This document shows, piece after piece, positions 8,807 to 16,648 of a stretch of DNA of 48,293 nt. Every line of letters starts with the position of its first letter. Positions within the stretch are counted from its first letter, which is position 1. The translations under genes and the position numbers were made by a program. The stretch is from a virus (taxonomy: Duplodnaviria; Caudoviricetes): positions 1 to 48,293 of the IMG/VR virus record IMGVR_UViG_3300034965_000025. One strand, written 5' to 3'. Under the pieces are notes generated by a model, which worked only from the letters and a program-made list of their open reading frames with translations, searched no databases and was not told where the DNA came from.

Positions 8807-10031
8807 AAAATACCTAACCACAAATGTACTTGAGGCTGCGCAAGAGCGGATTTCATGGACATTTGACAATTACGAAAAAATCTATTGCTCATTTTCTGGC
8901 GGAAAGGATTCGACATGCATGACTCACCTTGTTATGGAAGAAGCAATCAAACGCAATCGAAAGGTTGCATTGTTTTTCCTTGACTGGGAGGTGCAGATGA
9001 CACTTACCATTGAGCATGTCAGGCACATGTTTGAACTGTACGCCGATCATATCGAGCCTTATTGGTGTGCTATACCTATCCGCACATGGAATGGATGCAG
9101 CCAGTTTGAACCAGAGTGGACTTGCTGGGATAAAGACAAGAAAGATATTTGGGTAAGGCATCCGGATAAAATGAGTATCACCGATACAAGGAAATTCCCG
9201 TTTTATTATGACGGAATTACCTTTGAGGAGTTTGTTCCATTGTTTGGTCAATGGTACTCACAAGGTGAAAGGTGCGCGTGTTTTGTTGGCATTAGAACCC
9301 AGGAAAGTCTGAACAGATACCGGGCATTGTCAAAGAAAAAAGACACGTATCTGTCAAAAATGTACACCACTTGCATTGAAAAAAACCTTTGGAATGTGTA
9401 CCCGATTTACGACTGGAATACTGAAGATGACTGGCGATACCTGAGTAAGTTTGACAAGTGCTATAATAAGCTTTACGACCGTTTCTATCAGGCTGGCTTG
9501 ACGATAAACCAGATGCGGATTGACGAGCCGTTTGGCGATACTCAGGCCCGTGGCCTATGGCTTTATCAAATTATCGAACCGGCTTTATGGTCAAAAATGG
9601 TTCTGCGTGTATCAGGTGCTAATACATCAAACTTGTATAGCAATGAGACTGGCAACGTTTTGGGTTATCGCAATATAACTTTGCCACCAAACCACACTTG
9701 GCAGTCATTCGCTATGATGCTTTTGAATACGATGCCAAAAACTACTTCAGAGCATTACAAGGGCAAGATAGCGGTATACATCAAGTGGTTTTCGACTCGC
9801 GGTTATCCTGACGGCATCCCTGATGAATCACCCTGGGAACTTGAGTCTATCAATAAAGCTCCGGCTTGGCGGCGTGTTGTCCGTAGCTTATTGCGAAACG
9901 ATTACTGGTGCCGTGGCATGGGCTTCAGCCCGACAAAAAATAGCGCCTACGCAAAATACATGAATTTAATGAAAAAGCGCCGCAAGGAATGGAATATTTT
10001 TAACGATATGGAGAATGAAAAAGATGAATGA
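8799..10031 (+). CDS. ibrA: PAPS-reductase-like/DUF3440 protein (IbrA/YbdN family)
   Basis: PP-loop SFSGGKDS, GIRTQESLNRY, YPIYDW..ED.W, QMRI.EP and ND.WC..MGF motifs. Confidence 0.88.
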   Translation: MPKKYLTTNVLEAAQERISWTFDNYEKIYCSFSGGKDSTCMTHLVMEEAIKRNRKVALFFLDWEVQMTLTIEHVRHMFELYADHIEPYWCAIPIRTWNGCSQFEPEWTCWDKDKKDIWVRHPDKMSITDTRKFPFYYDGITFEEFVPLFGQWYSQGERCACFVGIRTQESLNRYRALSKKKDTYLSKMYTTCIEKNLWNVYPIYDWNTEDDWRYLSKFDKCYNKLYDRFYQAGLTINQMRIDEPFGDTQARGLWLYQIIEPALWSKMVLRVSGANTSNLYSNETGNVLGYRNITLPPNHTWQSFAMMLLNTMPKTTSEHYKGKIAVYIKWFSTRGYPDGIPDESPWELESINKAPAWRRVVRSLLRNDYWCRGMGFSPTKNSAYAKYMNLMKKRRKEWNIFNDMENEKDE

Positions 10032-10677
10032 TATTGCCAAATATGTTGTCAATGAAATTAAAAAATTAAATGATGACGAAAAGATATCCATGATAAATAA
10101 AATAAAGATCGCCATGCACAATGCAGGACCATTAAAAAATGAGCCAGTAGATTGCGTGATATGGGTTAAAAATGATCTTGTGTTTTCAAACGATTACAAT
10201 CCCAATGCCGTTGCCCCCCCAGAAATGGAATTGCTTCATACCTCAATATCAGAAGATGGCTATACCCAACCAATTGTCACTATGGCGATTGACGGTAAGC
10301 ATGAAGTTGTAGATGGATTCCATCGAAATAGAGTTGGAAAAGAATGCAAGGATATTGAGTCAAGGGTTCACGGATACCTGCCAATCGTCTGCATAAATCA
10401 TGGGCGGGAAGATAAGGCCGACCGAATGGCCGCAACAATTCGCCACAATCGGGCAAGAGGCAAGCATAAAGTTTCCAGCATGTCCGAAATTGTTCTGGAG
10501 CTCAAAAAACGTAATTGGAGTGATGACAAAATATCTAAACAGCTTGGCATGGATTCCGATGAGGTATTGCGACTTGCCCAAATTACCGGCTTGGCTGAAA
10601 TGTTCAAGGATCAAGATTTTTCACAAGCATGGGAAGCCGAAGTTTTTGATGAAGAGCAAATTGATCAACCTCTTTGA
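10015..10677 (+). CDS. ibrB: ParB/Srx-domain protein (IbrB/YbdM family)
   Basis: NDYNPNAVAPPEMELL..SI.EDGYTQPIV, VDGFHR and ATIRHNRARGKH motifs, plus a C-terminal HTH. Confidence 0.9.
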   Translation: MKKMNDIAKYVVNEIKKLNDDEKISMINKIKIAMHNAGPLKNEPVDCVIWVKNDLVFSNDYNPNAVAPPEMELLHTSISEDGYTQPIVTMAIDGKHEVVDGFHRNRVGKECKDIESRVHGYLPIVCINHGREDKADRMAATIRHNRARGKHKVSSMSEIVLELKKRNWSDDKISKQLGMDSDEVLRLAQITGLAEMFKDQDFSQAWEAEVFDEEQIDQPL

Positions 10678-12070
10678 CTTCCAAGAAACCTTAGTAACCG
10701 GGGCAACTGACTTTTTTACCCACGGTGGCCGGTCGCTGATATTGCAGGCTCCGACAGGTTGCGGAAAATCGGTAATCGCTAAAGCCTTTGTCGACCGAAT
10801 GATAAACACCAGTGGCCGCCCGGTATATTTCCTAACCCACAGCAAGATGCTAATGCGCCAATTCAGCGAACACCTGACAGCCATAGGCCTAAAGCACGGA
10901 ATAATTGCGCCTGGATATCCGGTATTGCGGTACAAAGTCCAGGTCATCAGCGTGCAATCGCTGGCCACCCGGTATCACTTGCTTGATGAACCGGAATATC
11001 TGATTTTCGAGGAATGCCACCATGCAGCCGCGCCAATGTTTAAGAAGGTGATGGAATACTGGCCCCATGCGAAGTTGCTCGGAGTTTCGGCCACACCCGC
11101 GCGCCCGGATCTTCAGCCTCTTTCCATGTTCGAACACATGCTGGTCTCCCCCCAGGTAAAATGGTTCATCGAGCAAGGATACCTGGCGAATTTTGATTAT
11201 TTTATCCCCCAAGACCTGGACACCAGCGGAATGCATCACAAGATGGGTGACTTTGACAAAGCGGATCTTAAGAAACTGAGAATATCAAGTTTCGTCGAGG
11301 TCTACCGAAAACACGGCTGCGGTAAATCCGGTATAGCATTCGGAATTGACATCGAGGACAGCGAACGGATTGCGGCAATGTTTACCGAATCCGGGCATAC
11401 CATGCAGGCGCTTCATAGCAAAATGGAGGCCGATATTGCGGATATTTTACGAAAAGCGGCTTTATTTTCCGGTACGTTGCTATCATCGTGTGACATCGTA
11501 GGTGAAGGCGTCGATATCAAGGGCCTATCAGTAGAGATTGACGGACGCCCAACGGAATCGCTTGTGGTGAAGCGCCAGCACTCAGGTCGGGTACTCCGGG
11601 CAGATTGGGCACCTGGACACGACCTGACCACCAAGGAAGGCCGCCTGGCAGCCATTGCCGAGTCAGGCAAGCGCGGCATTATTCTGGATTTCGTCTCAAA
11701 TTATACCCGGCATGGCCTGCCGGATGATGATTACGAATGGACATTGGACGTGCCCAAGCGTAAAGAAAAGGAAGAATCCCTATACAAGCGCTGCCCCGAC
11801 TGCCAGAGACCGGTAATAAAATTCGACATGACATGCCCACATTGCGGCTATATTTTTGAAAAGCGGGTTGTCATTCGGAAGCCAATAGAAGAACAGGAGG
11901 GAGAGCTGGTAAACATCAAGGAAACCAATCGGGCGGATATGAACCGGCTGGTGCTGGCGATAGCTAGGGGGGCGCGGAAGCTGGAGAAGGCTTATGCCAT
12001 TGGGCAGGCGATGGGAGCGGATCGAGCGCTTGTCGATACCGTTTGGCGGAAGTATTTGAGGAATGCGTGA
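10649..12070 (+). CDS. SF2 (DEAD/DEAH-like) helicase with C-terminal Zn ribbon
   Basis: APTGCGKS, EECHH, SATP, EGVDI, Q..GRVLR and CPDC/CPHC motifs. Probable start is MKSKLINL, not 10400. Confidence 0.9.
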   Translation: MKSKLINLFDFQETLVTGATDFFTHGGRSLILQAPTGCGKSVIAKAFVDRMINTSGRPVYFLTHSKMLMRQFSEHLTAIGLKHGIIAPGYPVLRYKVQVISVQSLATRYHLLDEPEYLIFEECHHAAAPMFKKVMEYWPHAKLLGVSATPARPDLQPLSMFEHMLVSPQVKWFIEQGYLANFDYFIPQDLDTSGMHHKMGDFDKADLKKLRISSFVEVYRKHGCGKSGIAFGIDIEDSERIAAMFTESGHTMQALHSKMEADIADILRKAALFSGTLLSSCDIVGEGVDIKGLSVEIDGRPTESLVVKRQHSGRVLRADWAPGHDLTTKEGRLAAIAESGKRGIILDFVSNYTRHGLPDDDYEWTLDVPKRKEKEESLYKRCPDCQRPVIKFDMTCPHCGYIFEKRVVIRKPIEEQEGELVNIKETNRADMNRLVLAIARGARKLEKAYAIGQAMGADRALVDTVWRKYLRNA

Positions 12071-12084
12071 GGAGTTATAAGGCG

Positions 12085-12549
12085 ATGAAAACAAAGTATA
12101 GGGCATGGGATGATAAATCCGGTCAATATATTCATGTTGGATGGATAGATTTTGTTAATGGCGAGATTGAAGGATTGCCATTTGAAATTCAAGAATGCCA
12201 GGATTCAATAACCATAAAAGACATAAAAAAATTGGAGCAATTTACCGGCCTACTGACAGCCGACGATAGAAAAGAAATCTATGAAGGCGATATTGTCAGG
12301 ATGCATCAATTTCTTTTTGATGGCAACGAATGCGAAGCTGAAACTATTGGATCAATTGAATACGATGATGAGATAGCGGCATTTGGTCTAAAGATAATTA
12401 AATTCGATCAAAGATTTTCCGGCAATATGGGCATCGGAGATTGGTTGCCATTGTATCATTTTTACGGGCTACATGAAGAATCATGGGAAATCATCGGCAA
12501 CATCCACGACTTGACGCCACCCGCCCAACATGATAATATAAACCCATGA
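12085..12549 (+). CDS. YopX-family protein
   Basis: KYRAWD...QFTGL...KEIYEGDIV...EIIGNIHD. Confidence 0.9.
   Translation: MKTKYRAWDDKSGQYIHVGWIDFVNGEIEGLPFEIQECQDSITIKDIKKLEQFTGLLTADDRKEIYEGDIVRMHQFLFDGNECEAETIGSIEYDDEIAAFGLKIIKFDQRFSGNMGIGDWLPLYHFYGLHEESWEIIGNIHDLTPPAQHDNINP
12511..12539 (+). promoter_or_regulatory. Leaderless promoter for the HTH regulator
   Basis: TTGACG ccacc CGCC caacatga TAATAT, then 6 nt to ATG 12546. Confidence 0.65.
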
Positions 12550-12905
12550 CAGAACTAAAACAAATAATGATTACCAAGAACCTCCGGGTCCAGGACGTGG
12601 CCGAAATCACCGGATACGGTCGGCGCATGGTTGAAAAGTTCATCGCTGGCGAAAAGAACCCGCCAAAGATTTTCCTGGATGCCGTTGGACTGGAACCGGA
12701 TCGTCCCTGCACTGGAATGATGCGCCGGGCTTTTATTGCCTTGCTTGATGAGCTTGGCATGACCTGGCAGCAGGCTGCGACCGCGTTGGCAAAGCACGCG
12801 GAACGCCTGGAAAAGATGGCAAACCCGAACATGAATATGGATCGGCGCGTGGCTATTTCGGCAGATGATGTGAGGGTGTTGCGTGAGTATTCAGCGCGTC
12901 GATGA
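12546..12905 (+). CDS. XRE-like HTH transcriptional regulator (possibly two HTH units)
   Basis: LRVQDVAEITGYGRRMVEKFIAGEKNP and LGMTWQQAA motifs. Confidence 0.7.
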   Translation: MTELKQIMITKNLRVQDVAEITGYGRRMVEKFIAGEKNPPKIFLDAVGLEPDRPCTGMMRRAFIALLDELGMTWQQAATALAKHAERLEKMANPNMNMDRRVAISADDVRVLREYSARR

Positions 12906-13263
12906 TGCAGCCTGGGAAGCAAACCCTTGCACCTGGCGGAACAACCGAGGATCGTACAGACCGCCGCATGGTGGATATATCACCTACGGATTACCGCCAC
13001 CACCGCATGGGCGAAAGGAAACTGACGAAGACATGGCAGGCGGGGACAGGTGCGGCTGGCGCAGTGTGGTTATCACACCCGACATGGTCGGGAGCACACT
13101 GGCGGTATTCCTAAACATCGAAGAAAAAACCGTGAATGACCGGCTGAAGCCAGGACAGCGCAAATGGCATAATTTTGTTCTGGAATCTGGCGGGTTGTCT
13201 GAGATTTGGCAGGAGAAGAAAGATGGTAAGATCGAAATAAACGATAAGCCTATCTTGACATAA
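12883..13263 (+). CDS. VRR-NUC-like nuclease / Holliday junction resolvase
   Basis: WRNNRG...YGL...D..G...ITPDMVG..LAVF..IE.K....L.PGQ..W...V..SGG. Confidence 0.75.
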   Translation: MSIQRVDDAAWEANPCTWRNNRGSYRPPHGGYITYGLPPPPHGRKETDEDMAGGDRCGWRSVVITPDMVGSTLAVFLNIEEKTVNDRLKPGQRKWHNFVLESGGLSEIWQEKKDGKIEINDKPILT

Positions 13264-13283
13264 TCCGCACACCATGCAATAAT
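13255..13283 (+). promoter_or_regulatory. Plus-strand promoter, CGCA class
   Basis: TTGACA taatc CGCA caccatgc AATAAT. Confidence 0.7.
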
Positions 13284-13286
13284 AAG

Positions 13287-13312
13287 GCCACCATAGCGGT
13301 GGCTATTTTTTT
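13287..13312 (+). terminator. Intrinsic terminator overlapping the predicted TSS of the 13255 promoter
   Basis: GCCACC-ATAGC-GGTGGC-TATTTTTTT. Confidence 0.6.
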
Positions 13313-13323
13313 AGGAGAATACG

Positions 13324-13728
13324 ATGGAACATACGAAAGAGCCTTGGGAATTGCGAACGACTTTGCATGGGTATTTTAATGAAAAATGCCTATCGATCAC
13401 CCAGATTGGGATTGGCCAACTTGAACTGGCTGAATGTATTGCTATCATTGATCCGATTCACCTTGTCGGTGATTTACAAAAAGCCAATGCTCGCCGCATC
13501 GTCGCTTGTGTGAATGCGTGCGCTGGAATATCCAACGAAGTCCTGGCCGGTGCCTTGCATCATGGTGTTGATCCATTGCAAAAACGAATCGCAAAAATAA
13601 CGGCAGACGTTTTGCATGCAATAGAAGCCTTTGAATCATGCAACTATTCGGCATCAACCGATTGCCACAACGCCAAGCGAGTACGCGAAGCACTGGCAAC
13701 GCTTCTTGAAATCAAGGCGGGTCAATAA
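13324..13728 (+). CDS. Conserved phage hypothetical protein (HT.EPW...ANARRIVACVNAC family)
   Basis: Recurrent phage motif; SD AGGAG. Confidence 0.7.
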   Translation: MEHTKEPWELRTTLHGYFNEKCLSITQIGIGQLELAECIAIIDPIHLVGDLQKANARRIVACVNACAGISNEVLAGALHHGVDPLQKRIAKITADVLHAIEAFESCNYSASTDCHNAKRVREALATLLEIKAGQ

Positions 13729-14735
13729 TGGAACCAAACCGCCTACACAAGATCCTGCACAACGCCGACGGCATCGGCGACGTTTCTCTGATCGCTTTTA
13801 CGCTGATCGATATGGTCCTGGCTATCGTGTTTTTCGCATCCCTTGCCGTCGATACTCTGACCACAATCGCCCTCTGCTTTTTCGGATTCATGGCCTCGCT
13901 TGGTAAAATCTGGGCCCGGATCGAATGCGAAAAACTAAAACAGCGCGTCTATCAAGTCGTCTGGGCAGGATTTACGATCATCACATTTTTTGGCGGCGTC
14001 TGCTTTATGATGACCACGGTCCAAATCGGATCGGACGAACCACCGAAACCGGCCTACGTAATTACGGCAAACGATGAATACTCAGCAGCGGTATCCCGGC
14101 TACACGCCCTGGAAGCAGAGCAAAAGGTATTTCTGGACAAAAACCAACGGACCAACGCGGCCACCTATGACCAGCGGATAATCGACCAGAATACCCTGAT
14201 CACCGTCAAGAATGAAGCCATGACCGTGGCTGGGAAACGTTGGGAAACCGAATGGCGCGGCAGCAATGATAAAATCAAGGCGCTGTCGGTATTCAACCGA
14301 TTACCGTTGATCCTGAGCCAGCCATCGGCAGCGCTGATTATCGCCCTGCTGTTTTTCTCGATTGCGTTTGCTACCCTGGAAACGGTCATCTATATCATGG
14401 CCGGTAAGATCGGTGCGGAATTTGTCCCGGAACAGCGCGTAGGCCGCCCCCGTGGATCCAGGAACCGCAAGGAAGCGGAGCCAGTAGCGCATGAATCAGT
14501 CAAGAAATTCGTTGACGCCAACTGGATCGGGCTGCGCACGAATAAAACACGGAAGATCCTGAGCCAGCAAAGCTTCATGGAATTCTATTCCACGCGTGGT
14601 GGCTTCCAGGTCGATGAATACAAGCGCATCAAGCAGTTGGCAATCGACCGGGAGGTTATCACGCCAGGGGATGAGATATTGGTTGAGTCGGAAGGTTTGG
14701 CGATTATGCGGTTGATGGGCACCAGCAGGACTTGA
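13728..14735 (+). CDS. Multi-pass membrane protein with coiled coil and AT-hook-like motif
   Basis: Three N-terminal hydrophobic helices, a coiled coil, a fourth TM, then GRPRGSRNRK. Confidence 0.65.
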   Translation: MEPNRLHKILHNADGIGDVSLIAFTLIDMVLAIVFFASLAVDTLTTIALCFFGFMASLGKIWARIECEKLKQRVYQVVWAGFTIITFFGGVCFMMTTVQIGSDEPPKPAYVITANDEYSAAVSRLHALEAEQKVFLDKNQRTNAATYDQRIIDQNTLITVKNEAMTVAGKRWETEWRGSNDKIKALSVFNRLPLILSQPSAALIIALLFFSIAFATLETVIYIMAGKIGAEFVPEQRVGRPRGSRNRKEAEPVAHESVKKFVDANWIGLRTNKTRKILSQQSFMEFYSTRGGFQVDEYKRIKQLAIDREVITPGDEILVESEGLAIMRLMGTSRT

Positions 14736-14760
14736 CACAATCCGCATAAAGCCCTATTAT
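14732..14760 (+). promoter_or_regulatory. Plus-strand promoter, CGCA class
   Basis: TTGACA caatc CGCA taaagccc TATTAT. Confidence 0.75.
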
Positions 14761-14780
14761 CAAGCAAGGAGAATAACCAA

Positions 14781-14969
14781 ATGGAAAACACTGTAGGACG
14801 GACCAGAATCAATTTTGCACAGGATGCCAAGGGATTTGTAAAACTTGACATTACCGCCGAATACGAAACCCCGGAACTGTCGGCCAGCATGATGGCTAAG
14901 GCCATTGATTTGGCCAGGGAGACGGCTGCGGCTAAAGGGCTGCGGATGCTGGAGGCCATCGAAAAATGA
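14781..14969 (+). CDS. Small hypothetical protein
   Basis: SD AAGGAG; first gene after the promoter. Confidence 0.6.
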   Translation: MENTVGRTRINFAQDAKGFVKLDITAEYETPELSASMMAKAIDLARETAAAKGLRMLEAIEK

Positions 14970-16057
14970 TCAAAGGAAACGCCGAAACAATCCAGCGGTG
15001 CAGGAAGGCCACCCCGGAAGACAAATGGAACCACGTCAATTTTGACGCCATCGACAAGTTGCCCGAGGAATACGAGGCAATCATCACGGAAGTTAAATTC
15101 ACCATGAACGATTTTGCCAACGTCGGGTCAAAAGAAAAACCAATGTACATGCCGAATCCCGACCTCATGTACGCCATTGCCGAGGCCTGCGGCATATCAG
15201 GTGGCGATCGTTCGATCAATGAACCCTTGGTAGAGGAGGTCGATATTAACCGGGTCCGCGCCGATCTGAATTCCCCGCCAAGCATCACCAAGATGGTGGT
15301 AGGCCGGGTTGTCAAGAAATATTCCACCGTCATCCAGGAAGACGGCACGGAGCGCAAGTCCAGCGTATGCGCGGTGGCGTACAATGCTTTTGAGCGGTGC
15401 TGTGAGGCTTGGAGCAAAGAAGAAATGTATACCCAAGGTTACAAGGTCGCCGGGAAATACGACAACAAATATCAAACCCGCTGGCAGCGCCAGGCACACC
15501 TTGACGGTGAGATGAAATTTGCCGGCCAAAAGGCAGAAACCAAAGCGCACCTGAAGACCATCCGGGAACTTGCCGGTCTGATGACGGGATATCGGGCTGA
15601 AGACCTGGCGCAAGGCGTGCTGGTATTTGCCCGCATTCGCCGGTCAAGCGCCGTGCTCAAGATGGAAACCGCCGCCAGGCTTACAGCGCTGGCCCGTGGT
15701 GAATCGCCAGGATCAGCTGCGATGTTGTTTGGTGAGCGGAAGATGCTTGACGTTACCAAGCCAATCGAAGACCAGATCAGCGACGACGAAAACCAGCCAG
15801 GTTTTACCGTTACGCCACCACCGCCACCCGTACCAGTATCCAAAAAACAAGCCATCATCGCCACCATTTCCGCCTACATCGCCAACGGAGTCGTGCATCC
15901 CGACGACCTTCCAGAGTGCAAGCGGATTTCCGACTGGGCCAGCAAGGCCCCGGAGCCAATCGAGTCCAGCCAGTATTGGCCAAGCGTGATCGCGGCATTC
16001 AAGACCATCGAGTCCAAGATACCGGCAGAAGGAATCATCCACCATGGTCTTGCTTGA
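14966..16057 (+). CDS. Hypothetical protein of the recombination module (possible ssDNA-annealing protein)
   Basis: 363 aa with AETKA..K.IR motif and Pro-rich linker. Function inferred only from its position near Mre11-Rad50 and SSB. Confidence 0.45.
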   Translation: MIKGNAETIQRCRKATPEDKWNHVNFDAIDKLPEEYEAIITEVKFTMNDFANVGSKEKPMYMPNPDLMYAIAEACGISGGDRSINEPLVEEVDINRVRADLNSPPSITKMVVGRVVKKYSTVIQEDGTERKSSVCAVAYNAFERCCEAWSKEEMYTQGYKVAGKYDNKYQTRWQRQAHLDGEMKFAGQKAETKAHLKTIRELAGLMTGYRAEDLAQGVLVFARIRRSSAVLKMETAARLTALARGESPGSAAMLFGERKMLDVTKPIEDQISDDENQPGFTVTPPPPPVPVSKKQAIIATISAYIANGVVHPDDLPECKRISDWASKAPEPIESSQYWPSVIAAFKTIESKIPAEGIIHHGLA

Positions 16058-16313
16058 CCGAAAAATCCAAAAGAAGATCCTGGACCACATCCGGGACCAT
16101 GGGGAAATCAGGAAGTTTGACGCCCTGCGCATGTGTGACAACACTGCGCAGTTGTTGCGAATAATCAAAGAATGCCGGGATGTAGTCGAGCGCGATGGAT
16201 TTCTTACCACCAATGAGGAAATCAGCGACACGTTCAGGTGTTCGGTGCCCGGCCCGCTGTTGCGCGGACATTGTGTTAATGGGATTGGTGGGAGCTGGAT
16301 GGTGAAGACGTGA
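16044..16313 (+). CDS. Small hypothetical protein (possible winged helix)
   Basis: Q..ILDHIRDHGEI pattern; overlaps the upstream stop. Confidence 0.4.
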   Translation: MVLLDRKIQKKILDHIRDHGEIRKFDALRMCDNTAQLLRIIKECRDVVERDGFLTTNEEISDTFRCSVPGPLLRGHCVNGIGGSWMVKT

Positions 16314-16606
16314 GCGGATATTGCAAAAAATGCGGCCAGTATTTTTGGCTAACCGATGAATGCAAGTGCAAGCCATTTCAAGTTTATGACCTTGAAAACT
16401 GGGGAGAAGAAAAAAAGACAATTTACGGAAAAAGCTTTGAAGAAATTGTTGAAAAATGGGCCATAAAATTAAATGACAATAACCCGCCATTTGAACAAGA
16501 GCTTTTTGAAACTCCAATTGAAGTAACGGATGAATCCGGAGAAACGAAACGGTTCAATTGCACCGCATCGTTGTCAATCAATTATTCGGTCAAGGAAATA
16601 TCTTGA
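16310..16606 (+). CDS. Hypothetical Cys-rich protein
   Basis: CKKC...C.C motif; GTGA coupling. Confidence 0.55.
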   Translation: MSGYCKKCGQYFWLTDECKCKPFQVYDLENWGEEKKTIYGKSFEEIVEKWAIKLNDNNPPFEQELFETPIEVTDESGETKRFNCTASLSINYSVKEIS

Positions 16607-16631
16607 CACAATCCGCATATAAGCGCATAAT
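16603..16631 (+). promoter_or_regulatory. Plus-strand promoter, CGCA class
   Basis: TTGACA caatc CGCA tataagcg CATAAT. Shares CTTGACACAATCCGCATA with the 14732 promoter. Confidence 0.75.
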
Positions 16632-16648
16632 AGCGGTAAGGAGCACCC

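Noticed and set aside
10400-10648. N-terminal extension of the SF2 helicase in the ORF track
   Set aside because: It overlaps ibrB out of frame. Helicase motifs start only after 10649.
10015-10677. ParB partition protein implying a plasmid prophage
   Set aside because: Motifs and linkage match the IbrB/YbdM type, and there is no ParA nearby.
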